The notes beneath the pieces were generated by a model. The model did not search any database and had not been told where the DNA came from. It saw nothing but the letters and a program-made list of their open reading frames with translations. The position numbers and the translations under genes are program-made. Shown piece after piece: positions 33,100 through 44,825 of a DNA stretch of 64,000 nt (positions are counted from its first letter, which is position 1; the number at the start of each line of letters is the position of its first letter). The DNA is from an uncultured Planctomycetota bacterium (lineage in GTDB: Bacteria; Planctomycetota; Planctomycetia; Isosphaerales; Isosphaeraceae): positions 1,472,001 to 1,536,000 of the forward strand of contig CAWGMQ010000005.1 of NCBI GenBank assembly GCA_963823665.1, written 5' to 3'.

Positions 33100-33486
33100 A
33101 TGGGTGCTGTTTTCAAGTCCGAGGAGCTAGGGGTCATTCAGGAAACGCTTGAAGGATTGCGGGCTCGACTGCGAGGCGACCTGCACCAGATGACGGATGA
33201 AGCCTTGGGCGGAGACAACGGGGGCGGGACGGGCAATCTGTCCAATGTTCCGCTGCACATGGCCGACTTGGGGACGGACAATTACGACCAGGAATTCACG
33301 CTGGGGCTGATCGAGAACGAGCAGAGCACGCTTGAACTGGTCAACGAGGCGCTCAGCCGCATGGAAAAGGGAACATATGGCTTGTGCGCTGAGTGCTCCG
33401 AGCCAATTTCGAAGCCGCGGCTGCAAGCGATTCCGTATGCGAAGTATTGCATTCGTTGCGCAAGGAAGCTGGAGGGTGAGGAATGA
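33100..33486 (+). CDS. TraR/DksA C4-type zinc finger protein
   Basis: HMADLGTD coiled-coil tip, GTYGLCAEC..I..PRLQAIPYAKYCIRC. Confidence 0.9.
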   Translation: MGAVFKSEELGVIQETLEGLRARLRGDLHQMTDEALGGDNGGGTGNLSNVPLHMADLGTDNYDQEFTLGLIENEQSTLELVNEALSRMEKGTYGLCAECSEPISKPRLQAIPYAKYCIRCARKLEGEE

Positions 33487-34151
33487 GGGATGAACGGCGC
33501 GTGGGTGTGGGGCGCTGGTTGCTCTTCTGGTCGATCGCCCTGGGCGGGACGGCGTTTGACCTGGTGACGAAATCGCTCATCTTTGCTCGACTCGGTCACC
33601 CCCATGCGCAGACTTATCCGATCGTCCCCAAGATCCTCGAGCTGCGCACCAGCGAAAATACAGGTGCGCTCTGGGGCATCGGTGCCGAGCTGCCTGGCAG
33701 CAGCCTGATCTTCGCGGGGCTCTCGGTGGTGGCCGCGATCGTGATCTTCTATTACCTCTTTGTGCTGGGGGCAGCAGCGAGCCGGGTGCTGACCGTCGCA
33801 TTAGGTCTGATCATGGCCGGCGCGATGGGGAACTGCTACGACCGGCTGACGCTCGGGCATGTGCGGGACTTCGTGCACTTCCACGTCGACGCGATCAACT
33901 TCGATTGCGCGATCTTCAATTTTGCCGATAACATGCTGGTCATCGGTGCTTGCACATTGCTGCTTTATGCGCTTCGGCCTGAAAAGCAACGGCCGGAGCA
34001 GGAGCAGGAGAGCGCCCTGCGCCATCGGGTGACGTGGAAGTTGCGGGTGATGAGGCGTCGCCCCATTCGCGGCATCGGCAAGCAACGCTGCCGAGCGCAT
34101 CGCCGGCTCCGTGATCGTCGTCGTGCTTATCGAATGCGTCAGACGTCATAG
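33483..34151 (+). CDS. lspA: Lipoprotein signal peptidase II; C-terminus probably extended by a frameshift
   Basis: DLVTK, ENTGALWG, GAMGNCYDRL..GHVRDF, IFNFAD; ATGA overlap with the dksA-like gene. Confidence 0.9.
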   Translation: MRDERRVGVGRWLLFWSIALGGTAFDLVTKSLIFARLGHPHAQTYPIVPKILELRTSENTGALWGIGAELPGSSLIFAGLSVVAAIVIFYYLFVLGAAASRVLTVALGLIMAGAMGNCYDRLTLGHVRDFVHFHVDAINFDCAIFNFADNMLVIGACTLLLYALRPEKQRPEQEQESALRHRVTWKLRVMRRRPIRGIGKQRCRAHRRLRDRRRAYRMRQTS

Positions 34152-35550
34152 TAGAGGGCGAACTCGTACGGATGCGGGCGAACGCGAATCGTTTCGACTT
34201 CGTGGGTTTGTTTGTACCAGATCCAGGTGTCGATGACGTCGGGAGTGAAAACGTCGCCGCGGAGCAGGAACTCGTGGTCGGCTTTGAGGGCTTCGAGGGA
34301 GGCTTCGAGCGAGCGCGGGGTGGCCGGAACGGTGTCGAGCTCTTCAGGCTGGAGGTCGTAAATATCCTTGTCGAGCGGCTCGCCGGGCCGCATCTTGTTC
34401 TGAATTCCGTCAAGGATCGCCATGAGCATGGCGGGGAACAAGAGATAGGGATTGGCCGCGCTGTCAGGCCCGCGGTATTCGATGCGCCGGTTTCTGGGGT
34501 TGGCGCTATCGAGTGGCACCCGCACGATCGCGGCGCGGTTGCGCCTGCTGTAAGAGACCTTGGTCGGGGCCTCGAAGCCCGGGACGAGCCGCTTGTAGCT
34601 ATTGGTCGTCGGGTTGGCAAACGCGGAGAGCGCCTGGGCGTGCTTGAGCAAGCCGCCGATGGCGTAGAGCCCCAAGTCGCTCAAGCCCGCATAACCCTGC
34701 CCGGCCAGAAGCGGCTGATCGTCTTTCCAGAGCGTCAAGTGAGTGTGCATGCCGGAGCCATTATCTCCGAAGAGCGGCTTGGGCATGAACGTGGCGGTCT
34801 TACCGCTCCTGCGGGCGACGTTGCGAATGATGTACCTGGCGAGCACGACGTGATCGGCACTGGGTACGAGGGGACGCGGAACGAGATCAATCTCGCACTG
34901 ACCGCCGGTGGCCACCTCATGGAAATGGGCGGTCGTTCCGATCCCGCAATCCGCCATGCGCTGGGCCATCTCCGAACGCAGGTCGACCAGGCTGTCCGTC
35001 GGCGGACATGGGAAATATCCCAGGCCTGACCCGGGCTTATATCCCAGGTTGGGCGATTCATTGCGTCCACGGTTCCAGATGCCTTCGACCGAGTCGACGT
35101 AGTAAAAGCACTCGTGGCCGCTCTGCTCGAAGCGGACGTTGTCGAAGACGAAAAACTCAAGCTCAGGTGCCAGCAAACATTGATCGGCCAGCCCTGTGTT
35201 CCGCATGTAGCTGACGGCTTTGCGGGCGATATTGCGGGGGTCGCGGGTGTAGTCCTGATGGGTGATGGGATCCTGGATGTTGCAGATCATCGTGAGCGTG
35301 GACTGCGCCGGGAAGGGATCGATCAGCGCGGTCTCGGGCTGCGGAACGACGAGCAGATCGGCCTCGTTGATTGGCGCCAGCCGACGATGCTCGAGCCGTC
35401 AAAATGCCGGCCTTCTTCGAATGTCTCTTCCGTGAGGGAATCAGCAGGGATCGAGAAATGCTGCCAGACCCCCGGAAAATCCATGAATCGCAGGTCTATC
35501 GTGGTGACCTCGCGCTGCCGGATCTGGGCCAGAACTTCTTTCGGAGTCAC
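34139..35550 (-). CDS. glnA: Type I glutamine synthetase, single frameshift near 35373
   Basis: GTG-TPKEVL..DLRFMDFPGVWQHF..FDGSSIVGWR / INEADLLVVP..HEVATGGQCEI..TFMPKPLFGDNGSGMH..NSYKRLVPGFEAP..DKDIYDL..RPHPYEFALYYDV. Confidence 0.95.
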
Positions 35551-35591
35551 GCAACATCTCCCAAATGGCGTTACGCGGGCAAGTCGGGGAG

Positions 35592-35740
35592 ACCTTCGGT
35601 CCAGGAACGGGCGGGGTCTGGAGACCCGCGCCCAACACTTCACCTTCGGTCCAGGACTGGGCGGGGTCTGGAGACCCGGGCCTGACACTTTCCCAGGCCT
35701 CGGCCGGGTCAGAACACCCCCGCCCAACAGATCTTCGGTC
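35592..35740. repeat. Tandem ~50-bp REP-like units upstream of glnA
   Basis: ACCTTCGGTCCAGGA..GGGCGGGGTCTGGAGACCCG..CC..ACACTT at 35592 and 35642 plus a degenerate third unit; internal GGGTCT/AGACCC hairpin. Confidence 0.75.
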
Positions 35741-35897
35741 CGCGCTCGGACACCGAGCAGTCTATCGAATCACAAGGGGCAAAGTCTGCGCAAGGGACAA
35801 AGAGCGCGCCTCCAGCCCCGACGCCCCTTGACCGCGGCCGGTGGGCGGGTATGCTTTAATGCTGTTGACACTGAATCTCAGTCGCTGGAGAGAATTC

Positions 35898-36212
35898 ATG
35901 GCAGGCCGGACTGTGCTGGCAACGTTGGGTGGCAAGCGTCCATCGCAGCGTCTGGAGGTCGGCTTGTCGCAGGGTGAAGACGGGCGGTTGCTGATCGACT
36001 TGCGAGAACAGCACCACGCGGAAGGAATCGGCTGGTTTGACCAACGGCGGCTCGAGCTGGATGCCCTTCAGTTTCAACAACTTCAGGCGGTGCTGGCTTT
36101 GAAGTCGGAGGCATCGGAGGCCGCCATTGCCGAGGAGCCGGCGACGATTCCATTCCCCGGGCCGTCGACCAATTCTGCGTGCCGGAAGGCTGTGGGCAGC
36201 GATCGTTCGTAG
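35898..36212 (+). CDS. Hypothetical protein
   Basis: MAGRTVLATL..RLEVGL..IDLREQHHAEGIGWFDQRRLELD; GGAG RBS. Confidence 0.65.
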   Translation: MAGRTVLATLGGKRPSQRLEVGLSQGEDGRLLIDLREQHHAEGIGWFDQRRLELDALQFQQLQAVLALKSEASEAAIAEEPATIPFPGPSTNSACRKAVGSDRS

Positions 36213-36249
36213 GCGGTGGCTCGTGGCCGGGTCGATCGCCAGTTTCTTC

Positions 36250-36312
36250 GTAGGGTGGGTGCAACCCAACATACCACATAGCGTTAGGGCTGGTGGGTTG
36301 CACCCACCATAC
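36250..36312. repeat. Inverted pair of GTAG-type REP elements between convergent genes
   Basis: GTAGGGTGGGTGCAACCCA ... TGGGTTGCACCCACCATAC. Confidence 0.75.
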
Positions 36313-36391
36313 GTGACGTGCTTTCCGAATGCGCCGTGAGGTGGGCTTCGGGTTCGGGCGTTTCTAGCCGATTATTCACGGCTTCGCCGGG

Positions 36392-36856
36392 TCAGCCAAC
36401 TTTCTGGCGGCTTGGTTTGGCATGGCCGCTGACGGCCAGCTCGCGCTTGTTGAGCAGTTTTTCGAGGTGGTCGACCCCTTCTTGCTCCTCCCTGCAGATG
36501 TCTTCAAGAACGACGCGGAGCGCGACGTCTCTCTCGCCGCAGAGCTCGAGTGCCTCGGTGTAAAGCTTGACCTGGAGGCTTTCGACTTCGAGCGAGTATT
36601 CGAGCATTTCGTGCAAGTCGGTTGATTGCTTGACGGCGCCTCGTTCGACGCTCGGCACGCCGCCGAGTGACGTAATCTTGTCTCCCACCAGATGGGCGTG
36701 CTTGAGCGCTTCTTCGCCGTTTTCGCGAAAGAACTTGTAGTAGACCTCGCGCCAGGTGTCCTGAACCAGGAAGCTGAACTGGGTGTACTGCACCAGCCCG
36801 GCGTATTCCCATTTGAGGATCTCATTGAGCTTGTCGATCAGTTTGGCTTTATCCAT
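36392..36856 (-). CDS. Bacterioferritin-like / ferritin-like domain protein
   Basis: LNEILKWEYAGLVQY..EEALKHA..KITSLGGVP..MLEYSLEVE..LEDICREE. Confidence 0.85.
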   Translation of the reverse strand: MDKAKLIDKLNEILKWEYAGLVQYTQFSFLVQDTWREVYYKFFRENGEEALKHAHLVGDKITSLGGVPSVERGAVKQSTDLHEMLEYSLEVESLQVKLYTEALELCGERDVALRVVLEDICREEQEGVDHLEKLLNKRELAVSGHAKPSRQKVG

Positions 36857-37172
36857 GGTGACGTCCCGTTTTTCTTGATGGGAAGGTCGGAAAGGGTTTG
36901 TTCGCGTTCGATGAACGCAATTTTAGACGCTCCGGACGGGAAATGAAACCCAAGCGGAGGTCGTCGGGGTTGCGTCGAAGGGCGAGAAGATCATGCCAAT
37001 GGCTAACGAATGTGCCGAGGGGTGAGGGAGGCGCCGAGGGCTGAAGGCCGAGGGGTGAGTTTCTTGTGAACGGCCTGGAAAGGTTTCCGCATAGCCCCCC
37101 TATATCTCAGTAGGTGATACCCGGAACCGGAGGCTTCAGCAACGTGCGCTGAAAGGCCAGAGGAGTGCATCT

Positions 37173-40100
37173 GTGTCGAATTTTCCACGTCGTCGGATCA
37201 CATCCGTTCATCGCCACGTTTGCCGTCCCTGGGTTCAGGCCCTGGAAGAGCGGAGGCTCTTGACGACGTTTGTCGTCAGTAATCCCAACGCGACGGACGA
37301 CTTGACGTCGCTTCAAGGCATTCTCGCCAGCCCCACGCTGGCGCCGGGCGACGTCATCACGTTCGACAATGCGACGGTCAGCACGATATCCACCATTGGA
37401 TCATTCTTCGTTCCGGCCGGCATCACCATCACGAATACCGGGAATACGCCCATCACGATCGAAGGGAGCGGAGCGCAAAGCGATTTTGAGATTCTGCCGT
37501 TCGACGGCTCAAATGTGCAAGATCCGAACAATTTTTCCGACACTTCGACAACGACGCTGAATGGACTCAACATCATCGGAGGCGGCCTTGGAAGCGACGT
37601 GGAGATCCCCGGTGGCGGCGGTGTTTACTTCAACTCGGATCAAAACAAAGATGCACTGTCGCTCAAGATCACCGATTGCTCGATCGACGAAAACGGGGCC
37701 CTCACCGGCGCCGCCACCGGCGGGTTCGATCGGGGCGAGGGCGGAGGAGTCTATTACAGTGGGAATGGAACGCTCTCGATGCTCAACAGTACGATTTCCA
37801 ACAATGTGGCTGGTTTTGCCGGCGGAGGAATCTATGCCACCGCCGGCAAGCTGACGATCGCGTGCAGCACAATCGCCGACAACACCGTAGACGACACGGT
37901 CGGCCGTGGCGGAGGAATCGACGCGCCCGATCTCGAGCTACAGAACACGATCGTCGCGACGAATGGAGGACCTGGTCCCGTGCCGTTAGAGGATCTCAAC
38001 GCCGACACGATCCAATCGCTGGGTAATAATCTCATCGGCGTAGACCCGCGACCGTATTTCACCGAGTTCGGTATCCCGACGGACATCAACTTCTTCGGCA
38101 GCGACTTGATCGGTGTCGATATCAGCCAGACCCTGGGCTTTCTCGGGTTCAACGACGGACCGACCATGACCCAGGCACTTTTGCCGGGGAACCCCGCCAT
38201 CGATCATGGCAGCAACAACATCGTCGATTTCCCGACACCGCTCTTCGACGAACAAGGCGATCCTCGGATCGTGAACGGCACGATGGACATCGGCGCCTAC
38301 GAATTCCAGTCCGACGCCGACGTGACGATCACTCCGTCGGATAACCCGGCGGTCTACGGTGAGCAGGTGGGGTTCCAGGTCAACGTATCCGACGACAGTG
38401 GCAACGACCAGGTGCCCACCGGCAACGTGCAGCTTCAGATCGATGGAGGCAATGTCGGCAATCCGGTCACGCTAGACGCAAGCGGCGACGCGACATTTCC
38501 GGCTGTCTCCGACTTGAGGGCCGGCACGCACACCGTCGTCGTCATCTATTCGGGAGACAGCAAGTTCCTGGGTGTGAACGCCCCCTTACCCGGCGGGCTT
38601 GTGGTCGAGCCGGCTGTCCTGGCTTTCGAAAACCCGCCAACGACGCTGGTGGCCGGGCAGGTTTTCGACCAGAAAATCGAGGTTGAAGACGAAAACGGCG
38701 ACGTCGACACCACTTACTCGGGAACCGTCGGAATGATCTTGAACAGCACGACGGGAGTCGCGCTAGAGGGAACGACGACCGTTCCCGTGAGCGACGGCAT
38801 CGCCGACTTCAACAATTTGCAGATCCCCACGCCGGGCGCGCAATATTCGCTCACCGCGATTTCCGACAACGCCACCATGGCCACGACCGAGCAATTCCCG
38901 GTGACCGAGGACCACCTGGATTTCACACAGTTACCAAACCCAATGATCGTCGGCCGGAAAAATTTAATCGTCGTGACTCTGGAGAACGCGAACGATGAGC
39001 CCGACAGCAGCCTGGACGGCCAGACGGTGCAACTGAATACCGACCCCAATAATGATGCAGACGACCATATCAATCTGATCGACACCAGCGCCACGTTGCA
39101 GAACGGCGTTGCCACGTTTAGCGGGTTCATGGTGTTTCCGGCCGCGACAGGCTACACAATCGTCGCGCAGACGCCAAATGCCGAGAGCGTGACAAGCACC
39201 CCCTTCGACGCGGTCAATGACGCGTTTCAGTTCACCCAGCAGCCGGCCAACCGCGAAGTCGTGGGGCAGCCATTCACTCCCCAGGTGCTTGTGACCCTGA
39301 TGGGTCCCAAGGGACTACCCGACTCGGGCTTTGACGGCCAGACTGTGACGCTCAGCCTCGCTCAGGACCCCAGCAATGGAACAGCGAAGCTATCAGGCAA
39401 CACGGCGACATTGCTAGGCGGCGTCGCGGTCTTTCCCAATCTTTCCCTGGACACGGAGGGAGACGGCTACGTGCTTCAGGCGACGATCACGGCCTCCGCG
39501 GACGACCTGACGCCCGGTCAGAGCAACGCGTTCGACGTCGTCCCATCCCAGATCTTGCATTGGACCGGCTCGGGTGACGGCGTTAACTGGAGCGACCCGA
39601 ACAACTGGCAAGAAAAGGCTGCGCCGGATCCCAATGACAACGATACCCTCATCTTCCCGGCTACCGGCGCGCCCTCTCGAGCACGAACAACGTTACGGAT
39701 TTGACGCTCGAGGGCATCGACATCGAGGGGGGCGGCTACAAGTTGAGCGGCAACTCGGTCGCGCTGCTCGGCACCCTGACGAGCGCGAGCGGTAGCAATA
39801 CCTATTCAATCCCAACCACGCTGGGCGGCGGATCCGTGACGATGAACGTCGCAACCCTGAGCAAGCTCGAGATCACGTCGCCCTTCAACGGCCCCGGAGG
39901 GCTGACGCTAACCGGCGGCGGCACGCTGCTGCTGGATCAGAGCAACACCTACACGGGCGATACGACGATCTCTAACGGCACGCTTGCGTTCGCAACCAAC
40001 AATGCCCTGGGAATCGGCACGCTGCATCTGGCCGGTGGAACGTTGCAGAGCAATGCAACCGGCGACGTCTCGCTTGACAATCCCATCCGCATGGAAGCCA

Positions 40101-43100
40101 GTTCGACGATCAATGTTGGCAATGGACTGATCTTCCAGGGGTCGTCTCCGGACGAGCAACCCACAGTGACGGTGGCAGCGAACTGCACGCTCAACGTCGC
40201 CGGAGGTAACCCGCAAGGCGACGGTTTAACTCTTGGCGATCTTTCGTCGCAAACAACTTCGAGCTCCACGCCCGTTACGCTTGGTATTGCTAGCGACGAC
40301 GAGTCGGTGGTGGGAATCGTAGGGCTGGTCGACGGCTCTCTCAGCGCCAATGGTGATGTCGATCTGATCGTCGTAGCCGATCCCGGCTCGGTTGGTGCAA
40401 TCGTGGCGGGTGGCCAGCCGGGCGATGATGCTGTCGTCGAGCTGGGCGGCGATCTCGAAAACCTTCCGCTCAGCGGCTCGGACACGATCACTGCGGAAGC
40501 CGGCGGCACCGTCAAGGGATTGATCGCTAACCCTAACTTCTCGGGCACGATTGTTCTGAACGGCGGCACGGTCAAGGTCGGGGTCGATAACGGGCTCGGG
40601 ACGGGAACCATCCAGGTTGGCCTGGCGGATTCGGACGGCTCATCGGCCGTCGGACTTTTACAGAACATCAGCGATAGCGATCTCGATCTGGACAATGCGC
40701 TCAAGTTTTATCAGAGCGCCACGTTCAGCGTCGGGGCCGGAATGTCTTTCGGGGACGTGGATGATCCCACACCACCCGGAGTCGAAATCGCGGCCAACAG
40801 CAGCCTTACCGTTACCGGTCAAACTTCGGCGTCGTCCAGCCCAGCACTGGTCTTTTTCGGGAAGATGACCTCGGATAGCGGCACCGATTCCAATTCTACG
40901 CCGTTGACTCTCGATCTCTTGGCGGCTTCCGGCGTGTCGGTCGAATGCAACGGGGAAATTGCCGGCTCCTTGGCCGCCCAAGGCAGCACCGACTTGGAAC
41001 TGTTTGCAACAATCGACCCGGGCGCGTCGGTTACCGCGGGCGGTGCAGCGAGTGACCAATCCGTTGTCGAGCTCAACGATTCGACGGGCTCGGGCACGGT
41101 CACCGCGGATGCCGGCTGCACTGTCAAAGGAACCGCCAACAACAGCGCTTTCGCCGGCACGATCGTTCTTGACGGTGGCACGGTCAAGGTGGACACCGGC
41201 AATGGACTCGGGACGGGCACGATCCAGATCGGAACAGCGCAAACCGGAGACTCGTCAGCGGGGTTGTTGCAAAACTCGAGCAGCGAGGCGATCGGGCTCG
41301 TCAACAGCATCGAGTTCTTGGCCAGCGCGACGTTCAGTGTCGGCCAGGGAATGCAATTCAACGCGCCGGATCAGCCTGGCTCGCCGATCCCAGTGGAAGT
41401 TGCGGCCAATTGCACGCTAACGGTTACGGGCCAGAACAGCAGCGAGGGCCCCCCCATCTTGGAGTTCGCGGACGACCTGATTTCGGACAACGAATCAAAC
41501 TCCAATCCGTTCGCGCTCGACATTCAGGCGATTTCCCCGGCGGGAGTCGATTTGGGTGGCGCCATCGCGGGTACCGTGAACGCCATGGGGACCACCGATT
41601 TGTCGCTGACCGGGAATCTGGTCGCAAGTGGGTCAATCACGGCGCAAAACCAGTCCACCGTCGAGCTTGGTTTTGCCGCGCAGCAAATACAAGTGACGGG
41701 ATCGGGCACGATCACCGTGTTCAATGGCGCCACGATCAAGGCCTCGACCGCCAATCCCAATTTCTCAGGCACGGTTGTATTGAGCGGCGGTACGGTTCAG
41801 GTGGGTGTCAGTGATGGGCTCGGGACGGCGTTGATCCAATCGAATGCGGTCACCGGAAATACGCTCTCGAGCACGGACGACGACGTCCTTCAATTGGCGA
41901 ATGCGCTCAAGTTATCTGGCAATCTCACGCTCGATATCGGACCTGGGATCAGTTTCCGAAGACTTCGTAGCGGCTGCCGACACGGGCGTCGAAGTTGCTC
42001 AAAACTGCACGCTCACCGTAACCGGGGCCGAAGGTCAGGACCCGACTTTATCGTTTGTCGGCAACTGGACCTCCGACCAAAATGGGATTAGCCTCGCAAC
42101 TCTCGCCATCGCGGCCGATGAGGGGATTTCGACCTCTCTAGTCGGGGATGTTGCCGCAGAATTGACCCTCGCCGGCAGCACAGCCTTGGTCGTAGAAGGC
42201 AACCTCGACAATAACCTGATTTCGATCCGGGGAAGCTCCGGCTCCGTTCTCGTGCTAGGCAACGCCGCCACGGGAGTGCCGGTCACGGGAACTGGAGTAA
42301 AAATCATCGTCGATACCGGCGGCGTTCTGAAAGCCGCGATCGCAAACCCCAATTTGAGCGGCCAGATTATCCTGAACGGCGGCGTGCTGAGCGTCACAGC
42401 CAATGGCGGGACCGGCTTGGCGACGATTGTCCAGCAAGTCGCATCGACTTCGACGATCACCGGCGACCCGATCATCAATAGTCCTGTCGATGTAGAGGCA
42501 GGTACGCTCGACCTCCAAGGCCAACTGACGTTCACCCAGAGCATCACCGTCGCGGCCGGTGCCAACGTCGACGTTCAAAACGCGGGCACGAACGTTGCCC
42601 TCGAAGGTGCGCTTTCCGGCGGCGGCTCGATCGGTGTGGAGCAGAACAGCACATTCCTTGTCGCGAGCAGCAACAACCCGTTTTCCGGGACGGTGACCCA
42701 GGCCGGCGGCACAGTGACTCTGCTCGGTACCGATTCCTTGGGTACAGGTAAGCTTGTCGTTCCGGTTACCGTGCCGCCGGTGATCGTGACATCGGTCGAA
42801 TGGAGCTCGATTCGGGTCAAGACCGGCAAGGGCAAGCACGCCAAGACGAAATCCGAGCCGGCGCTTCGCGTCACCTATAGCGCCCCCGTTTCGGGCGCCG
42901 CCGGTCTTGGGGCGTATGAGCTGTCGAGCGTTACCACGAAGAAAGTGAAGAAAAAGTCTGTCACCGTCTTGAAGCCGGTTCGCCTGAGCTCGGTCGTGGC
43001 GGCCTCGAGCCCGAGTGCGACATCGGTCGAGCTGGTGCCGGCTGGTCGCTTCAAGATCGGGCCGAAGTACGAGCTGGAAATCATTGGGGCCGATCTCGGA

Positions 43101-43289
43101 GACGCCCTAGGCCGCGCCCTGGACGGCAACGACGATGGCGAGCCCGGCGGGAACTTTGTCGCCATGTTCGGGCGCAGCGGCGTGCTGTTTGGGCTGCCCA
43201 GCGGCCGGCTCGGCTCTGGAGGCCTATCGTCCGCAGCGGTCGACGCGGTACTCGAGAGCACGCACGCCGGCGGCGATGCGGGCGACTGA
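37173..43289 (+). CDS. Very large surface protein (~2000 aa) split by frameshifts near 39675 and 41957
   Basis: RPWVQALEERRLLT leader; GGGIY polymorphic-membrane-type repeats; GPTMTQALLPGNPAID..DIGAYE; Ig-like domains; NTYTGDTTISNGTL passenger repeats; C-terminal LDGNDDGEPGGNFV; three consecutive ORFs join seamlessly. Confidence 0.82.
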
Positions 43290-43673
43290 AATTCCAAGGG
43301 CTGAAGAAGTGCCAACAAGAAGTGCCAAGGGCTAAAGGCCGTGGCTATTGACCGGGGCGCCGTTGGGGCCGTGGATACTGCCGGCGGCGATGGCGAAGAT
43401 CTCCGCACGATTCCGCTCAGTCGACGAGGTACGCCGAGCGGCCGGGGACGGGCGTCGCGGTGGGGTTTGGAGGCCGTTGGTTCGGTCAACGAGGCTGAGG
43501 CCACGGCGCGTCTTGGTGAACGCCTCCGGTACAGTGCTACCAGGGCGTGATGGACACGTCGACAAGATGCGCGCGGGCCGTCGTCATGGATGGATCTCCG
43601 GTTGTGGTTGGCGGAAGCTACGCGACTTGCCGGTAGGTGTCGAGATTGCGATGGGTGTCTTTACCCTTGCTCC

Positions 43674-43727
43674 CGGGATGGATGGGTGTCTGGCGCTCCT
43701 CGGGATGGATGGGTGTCTGGCGCTCCT
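43674..43727. repeat. Exact 27-bp tandem duplication CGGGATGGATGGGTGTCTGGCGCTCCT x2
   Basis: Units at 43674-43700 and 43701-43727; a partial GATGGGTGTCT copy at ~43650. Confidence 0.85.
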
Positions 43728-43854
43728 AACCTCCTACGACCGTGTGGTTCAGTCATTTGTGGATGCTTCAGGGCCCCTCGAGGCCGGGGGAACTTTTTCC
43801 GGGTCCGGCTGTATAACCTCTCAGCGGGAGTTCAGTGCACAAGGGCAGGGCGCC

Positions 43855-44187
43855 ATGAACGACGACCTCGATGCGATCCGGCGGGTGCTGGCGGCAGACG
43901 TCGAGTCGTTCCGCCGCCTCGTCGAGCGCTACCAGCGGCCGCTGTTGACACTGATCCGCAACCTGACGCCGCCCGACACCGACCATGAGGGAGTCGCCCA
44001 GGAGGTGTTCCTGGCCGCGTTCCGATCCCTGGCATCGTTCGACCCAAAGCGGTCGGCATTCTCGACCTGGCTGTTCACCATCGCCCGCAACCGCTGCCGC
44101 AACGAACTCGCCCGCCGGCGGCCGGTCGTGGGCGCCCTACTGCCGGACGTCGTCGATCTGCGGTCGCCCGAGCGGGCGGCCTCGGAA
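43855..44187 (+). pseudogene. Truncated sigma-70 ECF factor (region 2 only)
   Basis: DDLDAIRRVLAADVESFRRLVERYQRPL..VAQEVFLAAFRSL..FSTWLFTIARNRC; region 4 missing. Confidence 0.8.
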
Positions 44188-44200
44188 ATGAGGTTTTCTC

Positions 44201-44524
44201 TTGAACACCCCAAACGCTCCCGCCCGCAGTCCGCTGATCGCCGTGATTCTATCGCTTGCCGCCACCGGACTAGGCCAGATTTACTGCGGCCGTATCGTCC
44301 GAGGCCTGGTGATGTTCCTCAGCTCGCTGCTGTTCGCGCCGGCGACCGTGGTGGCCGCCCTGTTGCCACCAGCGACCTTTGTTCTGGTCGGCCTGATCCT
44401 CGCGTTGCTGACAGTGCTGGGCGTCTATGTCTTTGCGGTCGTGGACGCCTTCCGCCTTGCCCGCCGCGGCCGTGATCTCTTCCAGTCAATGGACTACAAC
44501 CATCCGCTAGTCTACGCTCTATGA
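44201..44524 (+). pseudogene. Membrane protein fragment resembling the N-terminal part of signal peptidase I-like proteins
   Basis: RSPLIAVILSL..TGLGQIYCG..RGL..VVDAFRLARR..YNHPLVY then stop; no S26 catalytic domain. Confidence 0.45.
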
Positions 44525-44608
44525 GTCCGAGGAGTTGTTTGCAATTCTCGAATGTGCATTCGATCGCCCAGCGGTAGGAGTATGCTGTCAGGATCTGCCT
44601 GGCGCTCC

Positions 44609-44721
44609 ACTCGCTTCCGGCTGCTGGCCCGGCTCTGCCGGACGGGATTGGTTACCCGCGGGGTTCCAATCGGAGGGTTCACATTTGAGATGATCCTGCT
44701 GTTCCGAGCTTCTTGGCGCAA
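44609..44721 (-). mobile_element. Probable 5' relic of a group II intron (start of domain I)
   Basis: Minus strand begins TTGCGCCAAG.. and contains GGAACCCCGCGGGTAACCAATCCCGTCCGGCAGAGCCGGGCCAGCAGCCGGAAGCGAGT, matching my recollection of bacterial group II intron 5' ends; no RT ORF follows. Confidence 0.6.
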
Positions 44722-44825
44722 TGTCTGGGTTCCCATAGATAAAGCCCCAAGGTGCTACTCTCGCACTTCTTGGAATGGCAACATCTGCTCACAGAATTGA
44801 AGGCTTCCTTCAATACTAATCACGC

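Noticed and set aside
35360..35385. Programmed ribosomal frameshift in glnA or other split genes
   Set aside because: No slippery heptamer or stimulatory structure seen; the same indel pattern affects many unrelated genes, pointing to sequencing error.
35592..35740. Possible CRISPR array
   Set aside because: Units are directly tandem with no unique spacers, only 2-3 copies, and no cas genes in the window.
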